This document shows, in pieces, positions 36,901-49,571 of a stretch of DNA of 64,000 nucleotides (position 1 is its first letter; the number at the start of each line of letters is the position of its first letter). The notes beneath the pieces were generated by a model. The model had not been told where the DNA came from. It worked only from the letters and a program-made list of their open reading frames with translations, and searched no databases. A program made the translations under genes and the position numbers. The stretch comes from Guillardia theta CCMP2712 (lineage: Eukaryota > Protista > Cryptophyta): NCBI RefSeq assembly GCF_000315625.1, contig NW_005434661.1, positions 422,878 to 486,877 on the forward strand, given 5' to 3'.

Positions 36901-38979
36901 AAAACTTGTCGTCGTGGATGAGGTGACACAGCAGCTGAGCTGCGTCCAGTCGCACTGCTCACTGAAGTCACTTCCTTCCCCTGCTCGCTCTCTCCTTACC
37001 TGCGTTCAGCTCGTCCCTAGGTCGTGACATCTCACCATCTCCTGCAATCGACCTGTCAAGGTACTTCTGGACGATCTTCTCCAAACTTTGAGGAGGAGAG
37101 AGGAGAAGAAACGTGAGGAGGAGAGAGGAGAGAAAGAGCACCGGAGTCAGAGATGGAGTAGATGTTGATGAGAACGTCAAGAGCTTCGTCAAGGAGGAGG
37201 GAGCGGAAGGAAGGCGTCTCGATCCACACTTTCAAGATGGACGTGAAGGCACGCAGGAGTTGGACGTCATGAGGATGGAGGGACACCAGCAGGGCCATCG
37301 GCCGCACCTGGCCCGCGCTGAAGCTGATCTCCTTGAGTAGTTGACGCTTTTCCGACCCCAGCGAAAGCATCGCAGCACGCAAGCAGGAGACATGCGAGGG
37401 AGCGAGCAGGGCAACCAACTTGTCGTTCCTCAGTGACGGAGGGGTCAGCAGTGCCCAAAGAGCAAGGTGCCCTAGCGCAGGAAGCGATCCGGGAGCAACG
37501 ACGGTGGAGCTCTGCGGGGATGAGGAGGAGGAGGAGGAGGAATCGATGGAAAGAGACTCACGGCCGGGTGGGTCGGGGAGTGACCAGATCCAGGGCTTGT
37601 CGCCTCCGCTCCTCACAGCGACAGGCAGCCAATCCTCCCCCCCCCTCACGAGCACAAGCTCCAGCTCAGCCGCTTGCTTCTTCCCCTGCGAGCCTCCAAG
37701 AATCTCCGCGCTGAATCGTAGCTCAGACCGCCTGCCGGGGATGCCGACGAGGACGTACGGGGTCGAGTAGCGCGAAGAAATCCAGCTAGAGCAGTTCCTC
37801 TGGATGGCAAGGAGGCGATCAAGATCGGCACCGCAGCGAGCGAGTCGGTCGCAGAGGACAGGAGAGGAGAAGTATCCTTCCCACGCGTACTGCGACGTCA
37901 CGAGCACGAGCACGCGTGAAGGCTCTGCAACTTCGAGCGCCTTTGAAGAGATGTCTGCCGACAGCCTCTCAGCTGCAGTGCCGTCATGGTGAGTGTCGTA
38001 GCACTGAGAGAAGAGGCAGCAGAGGTCGGAGAGGCGGAGGACGAGGAGGTGAAGCCCTGCCGCACTCTTAGCGGCTGCTGAGTCTCCTTCCACCATCACG
38101 CTGTCTCCCAGCATCACCATGCGGGAATCTCCTTGCGCGTCTCGCCCCTGCGAGTAATATCCGCTGCCCTGACCCTCAACCGCAGTAATCTCTCATGGCC
38201 GAAGCCAGACGCCTCTGAGTCTTCCGCCGACTGAGTGCTGCATGCAAGTCACTGCGAGACCGAATCTCTCGCGCTCCCTCACCTCTCCGATGAAGCTTCA
38301 ACATCCGACTCCTTGACATCCGACTCCTTTTCTGGTCGATCAGGAGCTGAAGGTTCTTCCTGTGCATTGCTTCGACGCGCCTGGAGCTCTCTCCAGCTCT
38401 CGAGCGCTTGCTTATGGAAGGCTTCGTCGTTTGCTTTCAGTTGCAGCATCATGGTCTCGAACATCTCCAGCACCGCCTCGGTGTTTCCCCTCATCCCCTG
38501 CGACTTGACCTCCTCCAATAGGACGGAAAGAGCTGAACGCACAGTGACAGCAGAGCTCGAGGCCATCTCAGAGTAGTCCGCTCTGAGGTAGCGAAAGATG
38601 TACTTGCCGGGCTTCGAAGGTGCCGCAAACTCCATCTTTCCCCCTATCATTCCCTCTCGCTCCACCTGCTTGTAGTCGATGTACTTCCTCGAAGATGACC
38701 CGAAGGTGTAGCAAGCAATGAAGTCCCTCCGAATGCTGCTCTGCGAGGTGGCTGCTGACCATCGGACAAGGAGCTTCCCGCCAACATGAACTGAGTCAGC
38801 AGTCTCGATGGACCAGGAGGATTCAGATGTCTCGCTGTCTTCCATCCTGGACATGGACCTCGTTCTATCCTTGACTTCCTCTCTGCTCTCCTCTGCTCGT
38901 CTCGCCCTCTCCTCCTCTCCTCTCACTTGACCTCTCCCTCCTTCTCCATCTCCTTGCTTCAGTCCTGTCACCTGAGCAT
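33988..38979 (-). CDS. Patatin-like phospholipase (iPLA2-gamma/PNPLA8-like) with N-terminal SKICH-like, ILEI/GG-like, ARM-like and PA-like domains; start approximate
   Basis: VLAMDGGGIRG, FDVICGTSAGG, ALRATSAAPSYF, HLDG/GCVANNP, VVSLATG, YYRFSP; upstream exons on the same strand linked by GT-AG introns (one apparent frameshift near 38168). Confidence 0.8.
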
Positions 38980-39244
38980 CGCGATGAGGAAAAATAGTTT
39001 TACTTATCTACAGTCTGCCTCGTTGAGAAGCTATGAATGAATAAAGGCAGAATGTCACTTGGCCCTATATTTGCATTGATGTCCTCTCTATAGCCGCCTC
39101 AGAGTTAGATGCGCATGTGCAGAGCTGGTGCAGAGCCGCATGAGAGGGGAGGACAGAGGAGCAGGAGGCAGAGGAGCAAGGGAGAGGGCTGGAGGGAAGA
39201 GGAAGCATTAAGAATCAGGAGGTAGACCAGCAGGCAGGAGCTCA

Positions 39245-40725
<1,481 letters not shown>

Positions 40726-41469
40726 CGACCTTGTTCGTTATCACTCTTTGAGTCACCTCTTGTTCGACCGCTCTCAACACCCTCAGTCCTCGATCGCGAG
40801 TGTAAGCGACTTGACTGAGAGTTGCGCAGCAGTGCGCTCGGATATATCCTGTGAGGCGGGCCAGGCGTGTGAAGGTGCATGCAAGGCTTCCACAGTCTCG
40901 AGGGGTAGTGAAAGGTGCTGGACCTGGAAGGGGGTGGGGTAGAGGAGCATCATGGGGGTGGAGGTTTGAATTGGGGGAATACGAGACCTTCTCATCGGGG
41001 AATATGCAGGAGAGAGGTGGGGTAGGGGTAGAACATTAGAGTTGAATAAGGGGTGGTTGTGGTAAAGTATGGGGTAGGACAAAGGAGGGGTAGTGTAAGG
41101 ACGACCAAAGGTAGTAGGGGCGGGTAGAAATTGAATTCGAAACGTTGGAGGTGCCCTGCGGGACATGAAGGAAGCGAAGGCAGCGGAGAGAGAGGGGGGG
41201 AGAGAGAAGGAAGAGAAGAGGGATAGAGGGAGATACAGGAGAAGATTGAAACAGGGAGGCAGGGAAAGAGCTACAGGAAAGGAGGGGAATAAACAGGAGG
41301 AGAGATGAGAAGAGAACGTAGGTGAGGTATGTTACATATGCAGGCAGATTAAGAAAGCCGAAGGAAAGACGCAGTGACTAGACAGAGAGAGAAAAGGACA
41401 ACAGAGGAGAGTGAAACATCCTGATCCTTGCTTTGAAGGTTGTGTCGTCGCCCTAGGCGATTCTTCGAG

Positions 41470-44400
41470 ATGTTCAGACACTTCCCTGAGCTCGGACAAG
41501 CTGCTGTCAACTTCCTCTCGCCCATCGCCAAGAGCGTTGCGAGCCCTCTGCGTCACTCTCCGAATCCTGGCAGCAGCACGCCCGCAAGCTGCGTCAAGGC
41601 ACAGCAGTCTCATGTGGGGTCGACTCCGAAAGGAGTTCCTGACCGAGACACGCTGGTGAAGGTGACGTTTCAAGCCATCCACGAGGATTCGCCGCAAGAC
41701 GCTTCCATGTACATCACCGGGTCGCTCCCGTCCCTGGGCTCTTGGGACCTCAAACGTGCGAGGAAGATGGCGAGAGGACAGGGAGGCACCTGGTGCCTGG
41801 CGATCTACATCCCCGAGAAAGCCGAATTCCTGTACCAGTACCTTCTGTTGCAGGACACATCCGGTCCGGACGAAGATCCTGTCGTTCTGTGGGAAGGAGG
41901 ATTGGAGCGGAAGTGCAAAGTGAACGACAACCCGAGCCCCTCTCGAAGCATGCTGCTGTCTGACGACACGAGGGGCGAAGGAACCCTGATCGTTGCTGAG
42001 GACTCCAAGCTGATGCCTTCCCCTCCTCCTCAGCAGCTTGAGTTTGTCAGCAACGAGGCGATCCCAGACCTGACAGCATCGGAGAAAGAGCAGCTGGAAA
42101 CTCTAATGAGAGAGCGAGAGATGTGTCAGAATGAACTGCAAAAGCTCAAAGACATCATCGGCTTTGCTGCTGTTGGAAGCGAGTACCGAGCTCGAGCCTC
42201 GTACCTGCCTGAGACCGGGGCCCTTTACGACACTGTCCGACAAGTTCAAGCATTCATGCGCTTGCAAGCAGAACAAATTAGGCAAGAGGAGAAGAAGATA
42301 CAGGCAAGTCCTGAGGGAGGAAAAACGGAAGGGCAGGAAAAGCTGCGCATGGAGTTGGAGGAAAGCGAACGAGAACGAGTGGAGGCAGCGAGCAGGTACG
42401 AGACACAGATGCTGGAGCTGAAGGAATACTACCAATCCATCATCGGGAAGCTTGATGCCGAGCAGGATGGACGAGCAGCGGAGCGCGAGCAGCAGGAGCA
42501 GAGCAAGCTGATGCTTCAGAGTTCTGTTCGGGTGGTGGCAGGAAACCTGGACAGGGTGAAGCAAGACTTGGGAGGGTTGAGGGAGGCAGCAGAAGAGCTG
42601 AGAAACTTCCTACCCAACTTGAACTCCCTGCAGTCAATGATGACGAATCGAGTGCAGGAGGAGACAGGAAAGTTGAAAGAGGAGGCCTCGTGCTTGAGCG
42701 AGCGACTCGCAGGAGAGACGAAGGAGAGGAAGCGTCTGCACAACCTGGTGCTGGACCTCAAAGGAAATATCCGCGTCTTCTGCCGAGCTCGACCAGCTAG
42801 GTCTAGCTCTCTTGCTCCTCCCATAGTCTCCTACCCCGCTCCAAACGAGCTTCTGGTTGAAGCAGGAGGAAAGTCGCAGACGTTCAGGTAATGCAGGAGG
42901 AGAGGGAGGAGGAGGAGGAGAGGTTGTTGTTGTTCTTGTTGTTGTTGTTGTTGGAGGAGGAGGAGGAGGAGAGAGAGAGAGAGGAGGAGAGGTTGTTGTT
43001 GTTGTTGTTGTTCTTGTTGTTCTTGTTGTTCTTGTTGGAGGAGGAGGAGACTCAAGACACTGATCTTGCGACAGTTACGATGCAACCTTCGGGCCTCAAG
43101 CTCAGCAAGATGAGATCTTTCGGGAGGCGCAACCGCTTGTGGTCTCTGTACTCGATGGCTATCACGTCTGCATCCTCGCATACGGTCAGACGGGCTCTGG
43201 GAAGACACACACGATGCAAGGCACTGCCTCCTCCCCCGGCGTCAACACTAGAGCACTGGGCGAACTATTTGCGCTGGCTGCCGAGCGAGCAAAGGAGCAT
43301 GACTTCAAGATCAAGATCAGCCTCCTGGAGATCTATAACGAGACCATCCGCGATTTGCTCGAGCCCCTCGACGAAAAGGGTGAGAGGAGGAGGAGGAGGA
43401 GGAGGAGGAGGAGGAGGAGGAGGAGGAGGAGGAGGAGCTTACGTCTCTCTATCAGGGGAGGAAAAGAAGCTCGATGTAAAACTTGGACAAGACGGAGGAA
43501 CTTGCGTGCCCGGCGTCTTGACGAGCGAGGTGGAGAGCATGGAAGAAGTGATGCAGGCGCTGCAACGAGGAGAGCAGAACAGAAGCGTCGCAGGGACTGA
43601 CATGAACGAGCACTCGTCTCGCAGCCACATGGTGTTGACCGTCTACACGCAGGTGAGAGGCGAGGGGAGGGAAGGAAGGCTGCGAGGCTGACGAGACTGC
43701 AGGGAACGAGCAAGGCGACCGGGACCCGCAGCTTCGGCAAACTTCACCTGATCGACCTGGCGGGTTCAGAGAGGCTGCGCCGAACATGCGCAGAGGGCGA
43801 GCGACTGAAAGAAGCGCAAAACATTAACAAGTCGTTGAGCGCGCTGGGCGACTGCATGCAGAGTCTAGTGGCGAAGGTGAGGGAGGAGGAGCGAGAGCGA
43901 GGGAGGAACTGATGAGAAGGCAGTCGAAGCACGTGCCGTACAGGAACTCAAAGTTGACCTTCCTGCTGCAAGACTCTCTCGGAGGCGACGCCAAGGCTCT
44001 CATGTTTGTCTGCATCAGCTCTGAGGAGGTTGTTTGTCTCTCCTCCTGACCGCCTCCTTGCTTCACTGCAATCTCTCCTTCTTTTCAGCCTTCCTCCTCC
44101 TCTGCTCCTCCTCCTCCTCCTCTGCTCCTCCTCCTGCTGCTCCTCCTCCTGCTGCTCCTCCTCTTCTGCTCCTGCTGCTCCTCCTCTGCTCCTCCTCTTC
44201 TGCTCCTCCTCCTCCTCCTCCTCCTCCTCCTCCTCCTGATCGTCGTCGTCGTCATCATCATTATCATCATCATCATTATCATCATCTTCAATCATCATCC
44301 TCTTTGTCAATGGTTGACCACGACTCCATTCTTTGCCTTCTCTTCCCCCCCCTTCCCCTCTGATCTTCCTGCATCTCCACCTCTTCCTCTCTCCCTTGTT

Positions 44401-45943
44401 GCCTCTCACACCCTCGCACAGGCTGACGCTGGTGAGACCCTCTGCTCGCTCAACTTCGCGTCTCGCGTTAGGAACGTCGTGCTGGGACCTGCCAAGGTGA
44501 GTGGAGGGGAGCAAGGTGAGCATTGAATGGCGAGCTCAGCGGCGAGGTGATGGAGCAAGCGACGTGAAGCTGAGGGAGAGAGAGAGAGAGGTGGAGGCCT
44601 TGCGAGGTACTGAAAACTTTTTCCTCCTCCTGCATCTCCTCCCTCCTGCTCCTCCTCCGCGTGCTGCTGCTGGGCCCCTGACGGAGGTGCAGATGCCAGC
44701 AGGCGAGCAGAGGCCGAGGCAGAGAAGCTGCGAGAGCGACTGGAGGAGAAGGTGGGGGAAGGTGGAGGGATGAGAGGGGGAAGTGAACGCGGATGCAGGC
44801 GATCGCATTGGAGGCATCCGAGAAGGTGAGAAGAAGAGCAGAGAAGAGAAGAGAAGAGAAGAGAAGAGAAGAGAAGAGAAGAGAAGAGAAGAGAAGAGAA
44901 GAGTGAAGGGAGTGAACAGGCGAGGAAGCAAGCCATGGAGGAACTCTCGACGGCAGAGAAAACTAACAAGGTGAGGGGAGGAACAGCATTGAGGAGAAGT
45001 GACGAGTGGATTCAGAGCTTGGGGTCAAGGCTGCAGGAGAAGGTGGGAGGGAGCGAAGAGGGAGGGAGGAGATGAATCACTTGCAGGAGCTGCTGATCGA
45101 CTCACTCAAGTCCTCCTCTTGCTCGTCGGAGATGCTTGGGGATGAGCAGGGAGAGCGAGACAAGGAGGAAACGAACAAGCTCAACGGATACAAGCTGCTG
45201 AAGGCGAACAGACACGCCACCCTCGCCCACAAGTCTTCACTAACAAGGTCATCCTGTTTATGACCTCTCTTCCTTCCTCTCCTCTCTAGGCTCCTCCACC
45301 ATCTTCAGTCTTCTCCCTCCTGCCGCTCATCATGTTGTCTCAGCGGCCTCCTCTCTCCAAGGGCGACAGTCTCCAGCAATAAGGAGAACGCAGTGCTCTC
45401 TCCCGTCCTCTCTCCCATCCTCTCGCCTCGTCGCCATCCTTCCGAGGTAGAGATCAAGTTCAACAAGGTATGCTCATCTTGTCCTCTCCCTCCACCTTCC
45501 TCTCGGGCTCCTCACAGGACAAAACAGGAAATCTCTCATGAAAAGAGCGAAGACACAAGGCAAAGAAAGCGAGACGCCAGCGCTGACGCGAGGAGAGGAG
45601 CAGACGTGAAGGACGTCAAGGTATCGCTTGACCATCCCCATGCTCTCCCTCTCACCTCAATCGCAGCCTCGTCCCAGCACGGCCCCTGCTCCTCCAACGG
45701 GGATACGCGAGAGGATGAGGACAGGTAGGATAAGGGGGACGAGGCGGGGGAAGGGGAAGGGGAAGGGGAGGAGAAGGGGGGCGGGGAGGAGGAGGTGGGG
45801 GAAGGGAAGGAGGAGGAGAGAGGGAAGAAGTTGACTGCTGTGTAGGATTGTCGTCGAAGCTTGGCAAACCAGCGGAGCGTGTCCCAAGTGTGAAGGCAGA
45901 AGGAAGAGACAAGGGGAGGTACTCGGTAGGTGGCTGGAGATGA
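41470..45943 (+). CDS. Kinesin-14 family motor with N-terminal CBM20 starch-binding domain and coiled coils, multi-exon
   Basis: CBM20 ([41 protein letters not shown]) ~41656-41922; kinesin-14 neck [23 protein letters not shown]; [58 protein letters not shown]; last exon ..RYSVGGWR*. Confidence 0.9.
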
Positions 45944-46012
45944 AGAGGAGGAGCAAGAGAGTGGTATCTATCTGTTTCAGTGAAGCGTTCTTTCCTCATC
46001 TCGTTTCTCACT

Positions 46013-47021
46013 CTAGCTTCCGAAGCCTGTTCTTGGTCTTGCTCGAAAGATCCGTTCCTCCAGTCACGCACGCCTCTCCTCCTCATCATCACCTGACCCA
46101 CTCCCTCCGCCGCGCTCACATCCCAGGACTCCACATGCTCCCTCATCCTCCCACTCTCATCGAATACATGCTTCCTGTAGTCAGATTTCAGCATCCGCCC
46201 CTCCCCAGGACCCCTGAACCCTCCTCCTCCGCCGCCTCCTCCTCCTCCTCCTCCTCTGCTGCTCCTCTGCTCCTCCTCCTCTGCTCCTCCTGCTCTGCTC
46301 CTCCTCCTGCTGCTGCTGCTGCTCCTCCTCCTCCTCCTCTTACACGCGCCACGGCCACGCGAGGACAGGGCGCCAGGGGAGGTTGAGCTGCAGCTTGACC
46401 ATGACGCAACTGCGGAAGACGTTGGGGTCGACGGGGTCCTGAGCGAGGGAGAGGAGGCGACAGCGATAGCTGAGCACAAAGAGCCCCAGGTTGCTCAAGT
46501 TGCGCCGAAACCTCTCGCGGCCCCGAAAGCTCGCGAAGGGGTCTGAAAGCGAAGATAAGGGAGAGAAGACAAGCAAACAAGACAAGAACGAACGAACCCG
46601 CAAACAAGCAGTCAGGGTGATAGAGAGAGACGTCGATGTCTCCCGACAAGAAATAGTTCTTCTCATACTCGAGTTGCAACCTCTGAAGAAGATCCTGCCC
46701 GGTCACAACTGCTCCTGCCTCCACCTTGTGTTCTACTTCTACCTCATTTCCTCCTCGTCCCTGAACGAACGCGGCGAGATTACCAAGAGCTTCTGCTCCT
46801 TTCCATGCCAGTCGTAGAGGCAGGCTGACATCGTCCTTGTAGTCCTCGCTTTCAGACTTCATGCTAGCAAGTCGACCTTGAGGGAAGCGCGAGCGAGAGC
46901 GACAAGAGAGAGGAGGAGGAGGAGAGTGACAAGAGAGATGATGATGAGAAGAGCGACAAGAGAGAGGAGGAGGAGGAGGAGAGCGACATGCGCTCAGAAC
47001 TATCAGGACTGATGGCAGCAT
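46013..47021 (-). CDS. SnoaL/NTF2-like (DUF2358-type) protein, probably plastid-targeted, spliced
   Basis: YFLSGDIDVSLYHPDCLFA/DPFASFRGRERFRRNLSNL, LQLNLPWRPVLAWP, HVFDESGRMREHVESWDVSA; hydrophobic N-terminus MLPSVLIVLSAC followed by S/R/P-rich segment. Confidence 0.75.
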
Positions 47022-47132
47022 GGAAGCCTTTGTGTGTTGTACTGGGGCAGTGATTACCAACTAGTGAAATATGGCTCTCAAGCAATGCTGCCTCCCTGAG
47101 GTGGGTTTGGTTGTACGCCCCTGGCATGCAGG

Positions 47133-49328
47133 ATGACTACGTACATGGACGACATGCTTGGGAGGAGAGAGGAGAGAGAGGAGAGAGGTAGCGCCAGGTC
47201 TGCTCAGGTTCGCCATGTCTGCGATGAGCTCAAGCGCATCTACAAGGAGCAAATTCGTCCTCTTGAGCTGCACTACAACTTTGCTCACTTCTTCTCTCCT
47301 CCTCTCACCGACAGCGACATCGAGGCCAAGCCCTTCGTCCTCCTCCTCGGCCAGTACTCCGTCGGCAAGACTTCCCTCATCCATCATCTTCTTGGATCTC
47401 ACGGATATCCCGGCTCCCGTGTTGGGCCTGAGCCCACGACTGATGGCTTCGTCGCCATTATGCAAGGACAAGAACCGCGGGTGCTACCTGGCAACGCGGC
47501 GGCGTCGGACATGGGGAAGCCGTTCAGGGGGCTGCAGGCGTTCGGCAACGCTTTCCTTCAAAGGTTCTCATGCGCGGAGATGCAGGCGGAGGTGCTGGGC
47601 GACGTGACGCTCATCGACACCCCTGGGGTGTTATCAGGGGAGGCGCAGAGAATCGGGAGGAACTACGACATGCCCAAAGTCTGCCGGTGGTTCGCAGAGC
47701 GATCAGACCTCATCCTCATCCTCTTCGATGCGCACAAGCTGGACATCAGCGACGAGCTCAAGGAGGTCATCCAGGCGCTCGCAGACCACGACGACAAGAT
47801 CCGCATCATCCTCAACAAGTCGGACCAGGTGACCCCCCGCCAGCTCATGCGCGTCCATGGCGCCCTCATGTGGAGCCTCGGGAAAGTGTTGAAGACGCCC
47901 GAGGTCTGCCGGGTGTATGTGTCTTCCTTCTGGGACGAGGAGTACGCGGAGAGCGGGCGAGCAGGACGCGAGCTGTTCGACAGTGAGAAGGCGGAGCTTA
48001 TGAGAGACCTGCGGGAGATTCCTCGCAACATGCTCATCAGGTAGGATGCGAACTGCCTGCAGCGAAGAGGCGGAGGATGACAAGGAGGCGGCAGGAGGGT
48101 GAACGAGTTGGTGAGACGAGCGAGACAGGCCAAGACACACGCGCTTGTGGGTTTAGTTTCTTGTAATGATCCTGTGACGGGGCTCCTGCAATAGGTGTGC
48201 GCGTGTCTGAGGAAGATGATGCCAGTGCTGTGGGGGAAGCAGCAGAAGGAGGTGAACGTCATCTACCGCGTGCCTCTCTTTCTGCTCCCCCTCAGCCTCA
48301 TTCAGCTCCTCCCGCCGTCTGCTATTCCATTGTTGTCACATTCATCGTCGACATCATTCCAATCCTCTGCCTCCATTTGTTTGAAATCATTATCATCATC
48401 TCGTTTGCTCTTTATGTTCTTGCTCTTGCTCTTGCTCGTCCTTCCCTTAAATTCTGTTTAGCGAGATTTGCTGGAGCACCTCGATGTCGTTTCAAAGCGG
48501 TTCAACAAGGTACTCCCCTCCCCTCCCCTCCCCTCCCCTCCCCTCCCCTCCCCTCCCCTCCCCTCCCCTCCCCTCCCCTCCCCTCCCCTCCCCTCCCCTC
48601 CCCTCCCCTCCCCTCTCACTTTCTGTTCTCCCTCAGAATTTCGTCTTGCTCCTGGCGACTTCCCCGACCTCAGCAGTAAGACTTCTGACCCCACGAGACC
48701 CTCAGCTGACAGCAGCAGGGCATCGAAGTCAATTAGCCAGCTGGTTGTCAGCTGGAAGTTCCTTCAGCCAGATGCCGCGACTAGACAAGTCGCTCATAGA
48801 CAAGCTCGATCACTGGTGACCTCCTCCCCTCCTTCCTCTCCCTCCGTTCTCCCCTGAGCCTCTCGCTTCCACTTTCGTTTTCAGTCCTGCACTTGTGAAC
48901 CATTCCTCCTCCTCTTCCTCTTTCAAGCCCTGCTCTCTGACCTCCATCTCGCCTCCTCACCTGCTCTCCCATGTCTCCTGCCCCTCGTCTTGTTGTGTTG
49001 AGGAATGATTTCTGACTCTTGCAGCTTACAAGAAGTGATCCCCCAGCTTCTCTCTCTTCTTCACTCTCCTCCCCTTCCAAGCCTTCCCCCACCAGAATTT
49101 TCTGCGTCTCCTCCTTCCACTGTCGCAGGGCAACCAAGGAGGAATGTAGAGGACAAGGGGCACAAGGACGAGGAGAAGCGAAAGCTCGTCGAGGGAACGA
49201 GGTCGTTCGTCTCGAGCTCGTCGGAGGAGCTCAGCGTGAAACCGGTGACGAAGAGGAGGAGGAGGAGGAGGAGGAGGAGGAGGAGGAGGAGGAGGAGGAG
49301 GAGGAGGAGGAGGCTTGTGCCAGGATGA
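47133..49328 (+). CDS. EHD/RME-1 family dynamin-like ATPase, multi-exon (3' end approximate)
   Basis: VLLLGQYSVGKTS, VGPEPTTD, FGNAFLQRF, IDTPGVLSGE, LILILFDAHKLDISDE, ILNKSDQV, LMRVHGALMWSLGKVLKTPEV, RVNELVRRARQAKTHA. Confidence 0.92.
48514..48615. repeat. (CCCCT)n intronic microsatellite
   Basis: Perfect pentamer run inside an EHD intron. Confidence 0.95.
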
Positions 49329-49571
49329 CGGAGACCAGGGTGAAACTATCGAAGTGCTGGAGGAGAGTGCGAGCGGGTGGTGGCGAGGAAAGAACTTGCG
49401 GTGAGTGGCAGAGGGTGCAAGGGAAGAGAGGGAGAGGAAATGAGAGGATCGCAGAACGGCAGCAAGCGGGTGGTTTCCTGTGAGCTACACACAGCCAGCG
49501 CTATGACAATGAACCATGTTAATGTTACATCCTCCTCTTCTCTCCTCCCCTCCCTCCTCCCCGGGAGGAGC

